Counted from the first letter of the stretch, positions 1 through 8,838 are shown. The stretch: 42,420 nt of DNA from a virus (IMGVR_UViG_2700989535_000005:1-42420), one strand, 5' to 3'. Notes: generated by a model from the letters alone, not told the origin. Numbers and translations are program-made.

Positions 1-124
1 ATAGCTGCACCTGCACTGCCTGATGTCAGAACAGTATTTTGATGAATTGCCAAGGTTACAATGGCACAAATGCGGCACAGGAGGAAACGTGGTGTATTTA
101 AATATGGGGTAACTCTTTGATTTT

Positions 125-172
125 AATGGTGCCGATAATAGGAGTCGAACCTACGACCTTCGCATTACGAAT
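125..172. repeat. Prophage att junction: 48-bp direct repeat identical to 40975..41022 (3' part of thrW)
   Basis: Exact 48-bp identity between 125..172 and 40975..41022; the sequence is the T-arm/acceptor 3' end of the tRNA-Thr gene, the usual signature of integrase-mediated insertion into a tRNA gene. Confidence 0.85.
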
Positions 173-248
173 TATAAGAATCCGTTTCTAATTCAAAGCA
201 TTACCCCATCAACACTGCGCTCACACGTCCCATCACATCAAAACATGT

Positions 249-299
249 AAAGCCTTGCAAGCCATTGTGAGGCCTTATGTGTCTCAGTTTTGTCCCAAC
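249..299. repeat. Copy 1 of a ~51-bp imperfect direct repeat (partner at 1715..1766)
   Basis: Begins with the 12-nt perfect match aaagccttgcaa; about 38/51 positions identical to copy 2 by hand alignment. Confidence 0.5.
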
Positions 300-544
300 T
301 TGTATTACGACTTGCATAGCCAATGAAGATAAATGTAGTGAATGCCTGTTATGAGCGATCAGCAGACGTTCATAATTGAGTCGACATAAATCTTGCGAAC
401 AATGCCGTGTGGCAATCAGCTGGGAACAGTCATGTCAGCCCTCTAAAACCACGTATAGCGAGGGGCGTAGGTCAGAATAACTCGCCTACTTTCACACTTG
501 AACGATATAATTGCTGTGGGACAAAAGATAAAGGATGACATGAA

Positions 545-1117
545 GTGAGCTTCCTATCTACTCAGCAAATACATGATCAATGTCTAGCAACAACACAAAA
601 AGCTATTGAATCACTTGGATGGACTAATATCTCTGTAGGCGTTTTGAGCGATGAAGAGAGACGCCAGCTTGAAGATGCAAGTTTACAAAGCCACTTGGAC
701 TGGCGATGGGCGATGCAGACCTATCGCGGTGACGCTGTAGATGGAATACTGGATATAACGTTAAAGCTGATCGACCGTGATGAGCCCGAACAGCTTCATG
801 CGGTTATCATTTGTAAATACGACTGGCGCCGTGAGCAATTCTCAATTTGCATGTTAGAAAACTTCATTTCAGATGAGGATACCGACCTAACAGGCAATGT
901 GTTGATCATCGCACTTATTTACGCGACTACCTTCTGCCAGATCGCGGAGCTTGACGACGTTTATATTCAAGATCCTACTGAAGATGCACAACCGCGTTAC
1001 AGGAGCTACGGATTTGCCCAAGTATGGCATGACCACAGTAAGATGTCTGCAGATGTGCACGACATCCTCGACACCATACGACGGAAAGTGAATGGCATTG
1101 ACCCAGTTGAAGAATGA
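545..1117 (+). CDS. Hypothetical protein (190 aa), prophage cargo gene
   Basis: ORF with GTG start preceded by an AAGGA Shine-Dalgarno-like sequence; lies between the att repeat and the tail-fibre end of the prophage; no family recognised. Confidence 0.5.
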   Translation: MSFLSTQQIHDQCLATTQKAIESLGWTNISVGVLSDEERRQLEDASLQSHLDWRWAMQTYRGDAVDGILDITLKLIDRDEPEQLHAVIICKYDWRREQFSICMLENFISDEDTDLTGNVLIIALIYATTFCQIAELDDVYIQDPTEDAQPRYRSYGFAQVWHDHSKMSADVHDILDTIRRKVNGIDPVEE

Positions 1118-1207
1118 CAATCTCAATCAGCAGTCGATGGGCTGTTTGTTTAATGAACGCATTTGTTATAAAATTATCCGTAAAGTCTATAGCCAAAGAG
1201 GTTAACC

Positions 1208-1381
1208 ATGATCAAACAACATAAAAAAATCACTTCTGATAAAGCTATGGCTAGTGCAAGACGCTCTCTCGACTTCTGGGCTTCCATCGACGGCAACAAA
1301 CTTGCCAAAGTTGGTCAGAAGGAAAAAGACATGGATATGGTCGGGCCGAAGAAAGGTGTAAAGCCAGTAAGCCTCGGATAA
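1208..1381 (+). CDS. Small basic hypothetical protein (57 aa)
   Basis: ATG at 1208 preceded by AGAGG at good spacing; hand-translated to a TAA stop at 1379..1381; followed by a hairpin terminator; below the size cut-off of the ORF track. Confidence 0.4.
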   Translation: MIKQHKKITSDKAMASARRSLDFWASIDGNKLAKVGQKEKDMDMVGPKKGVKPVSLG

Positions 1382-1405
1382 TATTCATCATCCCTATCAA
1401 AAAAT

Positions 1406-1426
1406 AAGGCTCCCATTGGGAGCCTT
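1406..1426. terminator. Bidirectional intrinsic terminator-like hairpin
   Basis: aaggctccc att gggagcctt: perfect 9-bp stem flanked by an A-run upstream and T-rich sequence downstream. Confidence 0.55.
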
Positions 1427-1714
1427 ATTCATATCATAACGGTTTCCCGTTACCAAATTCGCTCTTCTCTTTGCTGAGCTGCTGTTTAGCATATGTGACC
1501 TTTCCCCAGGACGTAGGAGTCGTTAGCTGATCTGCTCCCCTTAAACGAATGCAGCATAATATTAGAAAATTCCGCTCTTGGCACATAGCAGTCCTAGAGA
1601 CAGTGTCGTAAAGTTATGGAGGATCGGTGGGAGGAGGTAAAAATCCTCTCATACAAAAATACGTAAAATCGATAACAGCTGATTTTCATTCAAACTCGTG
1701 CTATCGAATAGCAC

Positions 1715-1766
1715 AAAGCCTTGCAATCCAGTGCAAAGCTTTGTGTGTATGAGTTTTTTCTCACAT
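1715..1766. repeat. Copy 2 of the ~51-bp imperfect direct repeat (partner at 249..299)
   Basis: See copy 1; immediately preceded by the 7-bp-stem palindrome gtgctat cga atagcac (1699..1715). Confidence 0.5.
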
Positions 1767-1830
1767 CACCAGGCAATCATCAAACTCCGTATTCCTGGCG
1801 TCATTAATTATGTAAGTGATCACCACGAAT

Positions 1831-1858
1831 ATAGCCAGTGCAGAATAGCCAGTGCAGA
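1831..1858. repeat. Perfect 14-bp tandem duplication (atagccagtgcaga x2)
   Basis: Two identical adjacent 14-mers inside the ~690-bp non-coding stretch 1440..2130. Confidence 0.8.
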
Positions 1859-2161
1859 ACTGTAACCATCATCATCTTCTGGCAGCGCTTCCCTTCTCCC
1901 GTTATCCAGATTAACCGGGTGGTGCTGAGGATGAGTCCGATATCGCTTGATCCTGAATTCCACATCTATAGCAAAGCGGAAGGATGTCTCAATGTCGTGG
2001 ACACACAGTGTTACAGCCACAAATCTATAGCCTAAGAAAGGTTTATTTTGTAATTAAAGAAGATTTTAAAAACCAGATTACTCATTCATATAGACACCAA
2101 TCCCCTACAGTCATAAAATGCCTCTTTTGAATTGCTTTATCTTCATAACAAGAGGTTATTG

Positions 2162-3181
2162 ATGCTTCGCCACTTAACAGGACTCAGATTTATAGCTGCA
2201 TTAATGGTTTATTTATGCCATTTAAATACAGACTATTTTGGTGTTTTTGTAAAAGAAATGTTTTCCCAGGGATTTATTGGCGTTTCCTTTTTCTTTATTT
2301 TATCTGGCTTCATTCTTTCATATTCATATGAAGACAAGCTAAAAAATGAAGTAACAAGTAAAAGACAGTTTATTCTTTTAAGATTGGCAAGAATTGTTCC
2401 AATGCATCTATTATTAGCCATGCCATTTATTTTACTAACCATTCACTTAAAGAACTTTGATTTTTCAAAAACCTTAACAAATATTTTATTAATGCAAAGT
2501 TGGATACCAAAGGAGGATTACTACTTCTCATTAAATGGTGTATCATGGTCTTTGTCTGATGAGCTGTTTTTTTATTTAATGTTTATTCCGTTGATTTATA
2601 CATCAATTACAAAGAAAGTAATCACTGCAATATCAATTATAACTCTACTATTAACTATATATTTTTTAAAAATTATACAAACAGAAGAACTTAATCACTG
2701 GTTATATTATATATTCCCAGTAAGCCGCTTGGTAGAATTTATTTGCGGCATGATTATTTACGCTTGCTGGAAAAACAGCCGACAGCAGACAGTCGACAGC
2801 CTTTTGTTTTTAATTTCACTATTACCTCTGCTAATAGCTATATATTATAGCAACAACATAAATAATAGTCTACGTTATTCGTTATATTATTTACTCCCCA
2901 TGGTAATATTCTTTACTTCATGCATCTATCTAAGAAATGGAGTCATTCATACTATCCTCAGTTCAAAAACCCTAGAACTATTAGGGAAATCATCATTTAT
3001 TTTTTATTTAATTCATCAACCCATTATATTATTTTGCTTTAAAATCTTTGGACATAACCCCGGACCACTCTATTTAATAGCGCTCCTTGTTATAATAACC
3101 ATAGTCTCAATCATACTTTATAAATTAGTTGAGGAGCCTTTAGAGCTGATGCTAAGAAAACGAATTTTAGCAGTAAAATAA
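2162..3181 (+). CDS. Acyltransferase family 3 integral membrane protein (OafA/Oac-like O-acetyltransferase candidate)
   Basis: About ten predicted hydrophobic segments; N-terminal LRHLTGLRFIAALMVYLCH resembles the conserved acyltransferase-3 N-terminus; visibly AT-rich; ATG at 2162 with AAGAGG 6 nt upstream (the track's TTG start at 2132 is probably an over-extension). Confidence 0.75.
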   Translation: MLRHLTGLRFIAALMVYLCHLNTDYFGVFVKEMFSQGFIGVSFFFILSGFILSYSYEDKLKNEVTSKRQFILLRLARIVPMHLLLAMPFILLTIHLKNFDFSKTLTNILLMQSWIPKEDYYFSLNGVSWSLSDELFFYLMFIPLIYTSITKKVITAISIITLLLTIYFLKIIQTEELNHWLYYIFPVSRLVEFICGMIIYACWKNSRQQTVDSLLFLISLLPLLIAIYYSNNINNSLRYSLYYLLPMVIFFTSCIYLRNGVIHTILSSKTLELLGKSSFIFYLIHQPIILFCFKIFGHNPGPLYLIALLVIITIVSIILYKLVEEPLELMLRKRILAVK

Positions 3182-3183
3182 AT

Positions 3184-3207
3184 AAAACCGCGCTATTGCG
3201 CGGTTTT
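3184..3207. terminator. Bidirectional intrinsic terminator between convergent genes
   Basis: aaaaccgcgc tatt gcgcggtttt: GC stem with A/T runs on both sides; sits between the acyltransferase stop (3181) and the minus-strand gene ending at 3193. Confidence 0.7.
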
Positions 3208-3372
3208 ATCTTCAGGCTTGATGAATTTTTTACCGTCATATGACCAGCCAATACCAACATCTCCAACACATTTAACTATATCCGCTTTTTCTGGCTTAAA
3301 CTCTGACTTACCATCCCATACAACAAGATTTGTAACGACACCATTTTGTACGACTGCATAAATATCGCTCAT
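3193..3372 (-). CDS. Small protein downstream of the tail-fibre gene (possible fibre assembly protein)
   Basis: Internal ATG at 3372 overlaps the fibre stop codon (TAATG); the track ORF 3193..3387 extends 5 codons further upstream. Confidence 0.45.
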   Translation of the reverse strand: MSDIYAVVQNGVVTNLVVWDGKSEFKPEKADIVKCVGDVGIGWSYDGKKFIKPEDKTAQ

Positions 3373-4538
3373 TACTGATACTCCCACACAAGAATATATC
3401 CCTGATTTCCATTATTTCCTGTCGCTGGGCCTGATGACGCCTTATTGTATTTACCTGTCCCGCCAATACCGTATGTCCCAAGCATAGTAGTGGTTATACT
3501 TTCAACGCCAATCGCCTGATCATCACCAAGTCCAAGTGCCCCACATAAATTTGATCGTGAAACTGAATGGAACAGAATCCCTTGCCCTGTAGGAATTGGT
3601 GCTTCTGTTGCACTTCCCCCTGAAAATGGAGGTACCTGCTGAACTTGAGTTGATCCCCTTCCTCCCGGGCATACAAGCAAATCACCAAAGCTTGTATTCC
3701 CGCCGTCACCTCCAGAGCCTCCTGGTCCTGTTCCTGCTACACCACCGCTTCCAATAGTTACTTGCACGGATTCAGGTATAGACTGATAAAAAAATGCTTT
3801 AGCATATGCCCCGTTGGAACCGGCAGCACTTACACCACAGTTATTTGAGGCTGTTGCTGATAAATTGCCACTGGCACCACCACCGCCAACGGCTTCCACT
3901 ATAATTTTCGTTACACCAGGTGATTTGTGATAAGTCCCAGATGATCCAAATACCTGAACCCCCAAAAGCCTTCCTGTTCCATCACCAAGTGTTAAATATT
4001 GTAGAGTTTCCGATACGTTTTTTTTACTTAAAATTTCCCTACCATTTTGAGTCAGCGCTGTCATATCCATTGTTCCAGCACCTGTAAAAAATGCCAGCCC
4101 ATCCGGTATTCCTGTTAAGCTCGACAATGATGTCAGATTATCATTTTTATCCTGTTTATCATTCAGAATGTCTGTCATTCCCAGGTTTTCGAGAGCCGTT
4201 TGCACAGTGCCATCCGATTTGATATCGCCAAACGGATTCTTGCGGCTCAGGTATTCAACAGCAAACCCCGATCCCAGCAATTCAACAAAACCGGGCAGAT
4301 CACCATTATCAAGCACATCCCGTTGCGTTTTATCACTTACAAACTGGGCCAGAGCTGCAGCAATAAAGCTGGCCTGCCGAATAACCTTATTGACTTGCGC
4401 ACTAGAGGCTTTCCCTGCTGTAAATCCGGATAAAAGCGCGGGCAACGCTTCCCATTCCTCCTGCGATATAACATTGGCATTTCGATCCGTTGCAAACGCT
4501 TTAAAGTCATTTTTCGCCATCAGAGTAATACTCCCCAT
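3372..4538 (-). CDS. Tail fibre protein (Gly/Ser/Thr-rich)
   Basis: 388 aa with long low-complexity Gly-rich stretches; last large gene of the tail module. Confidence 0.6.
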   Translation of the reverse strand: MGSITLMAKNDFKAFATDRNANVISQEEWEALPALLSGFTAGKASSAQVNKVIRQASFIAAALAQFVSDKTQRDVLDNGDLPGFVELLGSGFAVEYLSRKNPFGDIKSDGTVQTALENLGMTDILNDKQDKNDNLTSLSSLTGIPDGLAFFTGAGTMDMTALTQNGREILSKKNVSETLQYLTLGDGTGRLLGVQVFGSSGTYHKSPGVTKIIVEAVGGGGASGNLSATASNNCGVSAAGSNGAYAKAFFYQSIPESVQVTIGSGGVAGTGPGGSGGDGGNTSFGDLLVCPGGRGSTQVQQVPPFSGGSATEAPIPTGQGILFHSVSRSNLCGALGLGDDQAIGVESITTTMLGTYGIGGTGKYNKASSGPATGNNGNQGYILVWEYQ

Positions 4539-5200
4539 GCTCCTACATCAAAACCACTGATGAATTCGTTATCCATATCAAAACCAAAAAATTTTGAGCC
4601 TTCCGATGGGGTTTCCACCGAAGGTGTTTCAATGCCACCCGCCCATACCCCGGCGGCTTTTACTGTGAGATACCCCTGTTTAATTGCCGCAATTAACTCA
4701 CGCGATACATCTGAAATATCAGTATCAGGAAAGACCCAGACCGATATCGTCATGTCCTGGTTATCGACTATCTGCATTCGCAGTCCGGATCCTGCTGTCG
4801 CCGCGTCAAGAATTGCCGGAAGCGAATCATTCCGTCCATCCCAGTTATTAATCGCAATCTTCGCTTTAAGAATGACACGATAAGTTTCATCGCTGAGATA
4901 CATGTATCCTGAATCAGGATCGTATGGTCCCTGCCATACCCCCTGATCATATCCAAGCCCGTCGGTATCCCAGCTGAAATAGACACCTGAGATAGGCTGG
5001 CTGACAACACGGCTACGTCCGATCCACAATCCAAGAATGTCAAGTTGCACACCAACCGCAGAGTCAATATCAAATGCAGTAATCAGCCCTCTGGTGGCAG
5101 CCGCAACATCAATAAGTGGCCGGGTCATCAGATCAACATGCGCAAGAAATTTAGGTTTGGTGGCGTGGTAGTTCGTGATTAGTTCGGTGTATTTGCTCAT
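4520..5200 (-). CDS. Tail/baseplate protein (P2 gpI / Mu gp48-like position)
   Basis: 226 aa, between the baseplate-J-like gene and the fibre gene; overlapping coupled starts. Confidence 0.5.
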   Translation of the reverse strand: MSKYTELITNYHATKPKFLAHVDLMTRPLIDVAAATRGLITAFDIDSAVGVQLDILGLWIGRSRVVSQPISGVYFSWDTDGLGYDQGVWQGPYDPDSGYMYLSDETYRVILKAKIAINNWDGRNDSLPAILDAATAGSGLRMQIVDNQDMTISVWVFPDTDISDVSRELIAAIKQGYLTVKAAGVWAGGIETPSVETPSEGSKFFGFDMDNEFISGFDVGAWGVLL

Positions 5201-6396
5201 GACTCCACCGTTATAACGATATTTTCCGGGGTACAGGACGCAGATTCGTTGTATCTGATATCAATGTTTGATGACGACAAAGCCCCCGGGGATTTCCCAA
5301 TCGTCAGTTCCTGAATATCGTAATAGCGTGCATTCCCGCTACTCACCACGCCAAGATTCGCCGGTGAGTAAATGCGACTTAAAAGGACCGAATCACCAAT
5401 CATCAGACTATTGATATAGTCGGAAATAGCCTGCTGGATCTGCTGCCCTATCTGTGAGGTATAACCCGTAAAAACTTTTAATTTAATCCGGGCATAAACA
5501 GGCACATCACTGGAACGCGAGAATTTGATTACATGGGGATTGCCGTATTTATCCGGAACCGTAACGGATGTTGTACCGTGAGTGGCTGTCCCCTGGCCTT
5601 TATTTCCTCTGATAGCCTGAGCAATATCCGTTACATCACCGCCATCCACAATTACAGCAACAGAGTGTGGCGGTAACCCGTTACCGTCCTCCGAACCAGT
5701 ATCGTTTTCATAGAGTTTGTGGCGGGTTACACCGGTAACATTAGAAACAGCACCATCCAGTGCTTCAAATGGGGTTATTGATGGCAACGCAACACTTTGC
5801 GACTGGCGGATACGTAACTCCGCATCAGTTTCTGCTGGAGTGCCTACAGTAGCTGCAGCAGGATTGGTTACCGAAACCCAGCCACGGGTTGGCGTATTAA
5901 TTTCAGTGATAGTTCCAGCCAGCGCCGCCACTGCACCACTGACGGAACATTTTGCGGTCACCATCACTGTACCATCCACGCCGACCACCACTGAAGCAGG
6001 CAAACGCCATATCACATTATTACTGTCTTTCACGCTGCCATTAATGATGGTTGTTCCGGCAGTTCCTGTAAGAAGCAAATCAACCGTAGAATTCGTCGCG
6101 CCTTTACGTGAAATACCATTTATTTTCACGTTACTGGTCAGTGCAGCCCCATAGCCGGTTGCCGGTGAAAAACAGTTGTAGACAGTTATCGCCATATTAT
6201 TGGCATCATGAATCGCCAGCGCCATCAGAGCCACCATCTGGCCGTCTTTGCTGTCCGGTTCGAGGTAGGCATCACTGCCATAAATCTGCTGAAAATAGCT
6301 AATCAGGGTGCTGAGTATCGTCTGATAATCAGGCGCACTGATCCCCTCCGCGGTTACCTTTGCAGATAAACCGAGAGAATCAAGGTTCAGAGCCAT
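5197..6396 (-). CDS. Baseplate J-like protein
   Basis: 399 aa; position and size typical of gpJ/gp47-type baseplate wedge proteins; overlaps neighbours by 1-4 nt. Confidence 0.55.
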   Translation of the reverse strand: MALNLDSLGLSAKVTAEGISAPDYQTILSTLISYFQQIYGSDAYLEPDSKDGQMVALMALAIHDANNMAITVYNCFSPATGYGAALTSNVKINGISRKGATNSTVDLLLTGTAGTTIINGSVKDSNNVIWRLPASVVVGVDGTVMVTAKCSVSGAVAALAGTITEINTPTRGWVSVTNPAAATVGTPAETDAELRIRQSQSVALPSITPFEALDGAVSNVTGVTRHKLYENDTGSEDGNGLPPHSVAVIVDGGDVTDIAQAIRGNKGQGTATHGTTSVTVPDKYGNPHVIKFSRSSDVPVYARIKLKVFTGYTSQIGQQIQQAISDYINSLMIGDSVLLSRIYSPANLGVVSSGNARYYDIQELTIGKSPGALSSSNIDIRYNESASCTPENIVITVES

Positions 6397-6749
6397 TACG
6401 CCTCCGATGTAACAGTCGTTATTCCATAAAGAGTGTCGATTTCAGCGGAAAACATGACACGTCGGGTCGTGGTATCCACCGTCGTATTGAAAGAGAGGAT
6501 TGATTTAACGCCCCGCGTTTCGAGGATGCGCTTACGGATCGCCAGGTTGTAGGTTTCCGGCTTCTGCTTACCGAGTACGGACTGGATCCACGGAGTCCCC
6601 TCGGTGGTGTCGAGAAACCATTGCCCATACCACAATTCGAATCGCGTTTTTACCGCCTGCGCCACGGCCTCCGGTGAGTTAATCAGCCAGGTGTCATCAC
6701 CGCTGCCAAAGGTGTAATCGCCATCGGCGTCTTCACGTCTGTATCGCAT
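6396..6749 (-). CDS. Small baseplate protein (gp25/gpW-like position)
   Basis: 117 aa, translationally coupled between the spike and J-like genes. Confidence 0.45.
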   Translation of the reverse strand: MRYRREDADGDYTFGSGDDTWLINSPEAVAQAVKTRFELWYGQWFLDTTEGTPWIQSVLGKQKPETYNLAIRKRILETRGVKSILSFNTTVDTTTRRVMFSAEIDTLYGITTVTSEA

Positions 6750-7522
6750 CAGTTTACTCCGTCGGTATTGCTTCCACCGCGCTGAACACCACCATGAGTG
6801 TGCGTATCATCGATTGGCTTGCCGTTAGCCTTAACGCTCCCCAAGAACTCAACAGCACCAGTGATTTTTGAAGCCACGCCAGAAACAACAGACCCCACCA
6901 TGCCCCCCATCCAGGTTAACAGGCCATGAATGGTTACTTTCTCAGAAAAATCAGCCAGAGGGGCAACCACATCAAGACCACCCGGAGCGACAATTTTAAT
7001 TTTCCTGGTATCAGGATTAAGCTCAAAATAGGTGCTGCCATCGTCACTACGCAACTGTGTGGCACTGGTATTAATACCGCTAATCTTCCTCGCCTGCGAC
7101 TGGGGGCCTACAATACAAAACGCATCCGATAAATCATGCATTCTGTCATCGACCGGTTCCTGTATTCCGCCGCTCTGCCACCAGAAATCAATACAACGAT
7201 CGGCAAAAACGACAAGACACTCATCCCCGGCTTTAATCGGAAACGTTAGCGTACATCCTCCGCCACGTGGGAATACCACTGGAACATCCACCAGCAATGG
7301 GTAATTTTTGGTAATGCGGTTGCCGTCATTATCCTTTTCAACCGAACGGATAGCAGGCTGCACAACCGCCGTCACCGCATCAGGATCGAATGACTGAATA
7401 ATGCCAGGCAAGGCGACACGGATCTGATTCTTTGTTGTTTCCCGTTCAGATTTGAATGTTTCGGCAAGGTCGCCGCTGCGGGTCTGGTCAGATACTGCCA
7501 TTTGGTAGGCTCCAGAAAGCAA
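6749..7522 (-). CDS. Baseplate spike/assembly protein V-like
   Basis: 257 aa; C-terminal HTHGG motif as recalled for Mu gp45 / P2 gpV-type spikes; gene order. Confidence 0.5.
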   Translation of the reverse strand: MLSGAYQMAVSDQTRSGDLAETFKSERETTKNQIRVALPGIIQSFDPDAVTAVVQPAIRSVEKDNDGNRITKNYPLLVDVPVVFPRGGGCTLTFPIKAGDECLVVFADRCIDFWWQSGGIQEPVDDRMHDLSDAFCIVGPQSQARKISGINTSATQLRSDDGSTYFELNPDTRKIKIVAPGGLDVVAPLADFSEKVTIHGLLTWMGGMVGSVVSGVASKITGAVEFLGSVKANGKPIDDTHTHGGVQRGGSNTDGVN

Positions 7523-7546
7523 AAAACCCGCCGAATGGCGGGTTTT
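7523..7546 (-). terminator. Intrinsic terminator downstream of the two-gene cassette
   Basis: On the minus strand: aaaacccgcc attc ggcgggtttt followed by ttgct; 19 nt after the stop of the 131-aa gene. Confidence 0.7.
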
Positions 7547-7565
7547 GTTAATTCACTGAATGAGT

Positions 7566-7961
7566 TTAAACAGCTTCATCAGTCTTCATTTTTTCCCACT
7601 GAGAAAAAATAGTCTTAACCTCTAAGAGAGATTGCTGTGCCATTGCTTTATCTATTGCACAGCTAGTGAGGTCATAATCTGCTTCATTTCGAGCCAGTCT
7701 CTGTTGCTCAAGTTTGTAAGCCATGGATTTTAGGCTTAATGGATCATATGGCTCCAGTTTGTTTTCACTCTTATTTTTAAGATAAGAGATAAGACTGGAA
7801 TGATGATCCTTCGTATAAGCAGGAAGACTGGTCAGATTCTCTTTTATTTCATGGTAAAGCGCATAATATGCCCGCGAAATAGTATTACGATAACCAACTT
7901 CAGAATCCTCCGCAAAGCAACGCTCCGCTGAAGATAAAAACTCAGAGCTAGTTATAGGCAT
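7566..7961 (-). CDS. Hypothetical protein (131 aa), second gene of the AT-rich cassette; contains an R-x6-H motif (HEPN-like?)
   Basis: ATG preceded by AAGGGTG; start overlaps the stop of the upstream 256-aa gene by 14 nt; visibly AT-rich; motif RAYYALYH near the N-terminus. Confidence 0.6.
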   Translation of the reverse strand: MPITSSEFLSSAERCFAEDSEVGYRNTISRAYYALYHEIKENLTSLPAYTKDHHSSLISYLKNKSENKLEPYDPLSLKSMAYKLEQQRLARNEADYDLTSCAIDKAMAQQSLLEVKTIFSQWEKMKTDEAV

Positions 7962-8718
7962 ATTTACACCCTTTCAAGCTATTTCTTTCAACGGAAAAAC
8001 GTGCAATAAGATTGCAATCATCAAGTAAATCGATTGAACAAATTTCATCTGCAAGTCGCATATTCATTGCAACCACCTGTTCAGGAGATGCATTAACTAC
8101 CTCAACCAGATAAGTCCCACCAGATGCACCGTTGATGTCAGCACGATATTCAGTTGGAGGGAATTCAGCCATGACTCTATGAACAGCAAGAGCAACTTGC
8201 ATGTATTGTTCTGAAGAGCATCCTGACTTTTTGTATGCTTCATCCATATCGTGAATTACCTCCTGCAAGAAGGCTTCTGCGTCATCCCTATGTTCTTCTT
8301 GGGATAACATTTTGCAATGACGTCCAAAATATTCTACGCATTTTGATAGTTTCCCTACCAAATACGCAACGCCACCAGCCCTATAAGTAAACCACTTGGT
8401 TGGATACTTATCAGCTAAAGAATAGATGTAGTAGTCCGATTTTTCGAGTAGAGAAAAACGCTCAAGCAGCTTACAAAAAATCCGCGCAAAGTTAACATCA
8501 GCATGTGGGAGGATAGCTTCAAGCATTTCAATCCCGACACTCACATCACCTTTAGCAATATGAGCCAAAGCTACAAGCGTGTCAGCAGGCGGAGTACGCT
8601 TAGAGCCATACTCCGAGACCACCTCTCGAAAGGTCCAAATATCAAGAGGTTGACCACTATTGATTATCTTAACCAACTGGTCAAAACGCTCTTCCGCTTT
8701 CAGTTTTGGTCTTGCCAC
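7948..8718 (-). CDS. Hypothetical protein (256 aa), first gene of the AT-rich cassette
   Basis: Long ORF in AT-rich DNA; GTG start with a weak ribosome-binding site (start uncertain); no recognisable catalytic motif. Confidence 0.55.
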   Translation of the reverse strand: MARPKLKAEERFDQLVKIINSGQPLDIWTFREVVSEYGSKRTPPADTLVALAHIAKGDVSVGIEMLEAILPHADVNFARIFCKLLERFSLLEKSDYYIYSLADKYPTKWFTYRAGGVAYLVGKLSKCVEYFGRHCKMLSQEEHRDDAEAFLQEVIHDMDEAYKKSGCSSEQYMQVALAVHRVMAEFPPTEYRADINGASGGTYLVEVVNASPEQVVAMNMRLADEICSIDLLDDCNLIARFSVERNSLKGCKYAYN

Positions 8719-8747
8719 AGTACGCTCGCTACTTATCTTTTGGTTGA

Positions 8748-8777
8748 ATTTTATGTTCGCGTATACAGTTTAGTCAA
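8748..8777 (-). promoter_or_regulatory. Candidate sigma70 promoter for the cassette (TTGACT, 18-nt spacer, TAAAAT)
   Basis: On the minus strand: -35 TTGACT (8777..8772) and -10 TAAAAT (8753..8748), about 30 nt upstream of the GTG start. Confidence 0.4.
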
Positions 8778-8805
8778 TCCGAAGCTCGTGCTGTTGAGCC
8801 GTTTC

Positions 8806-8832
8806 GCACAAAATCATCCTTGCAAAAAGGAT
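8806..8832 (-). terminator. Terminator-like hairpin after the secreted-protein gene
   Basis: On the minus strand: catcctt tttgc aaggatg followed by attttgtg. Confidence 0.35.
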
Positions 8833-8838
8833 GGGACT

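Noticed and set aside
887-1196. 79- and 73-aa minus-strand ORFs
   Set aside because: Antisense to the 190-aa plus-strand gene with no independent support.
1820-2035. Overlapping 65/66-aa ORFs on both strands in the non-coding stretch
   Set aside because: Mutually exclusive, no ribosome-binding sites, contain the 14-bp tandem duplication; more likely remnants or chance frames. A vague transposase-like impression could not be substantiated.
7566-7961. Firm HEPN ribonuclease call for the 131-aa protein
   Set aside because: Only a single R-x6-H motif at an atypical N-terminal position was seen; without a profile or structure match this is kept as a hypothesis in the finding, not as an annotation.
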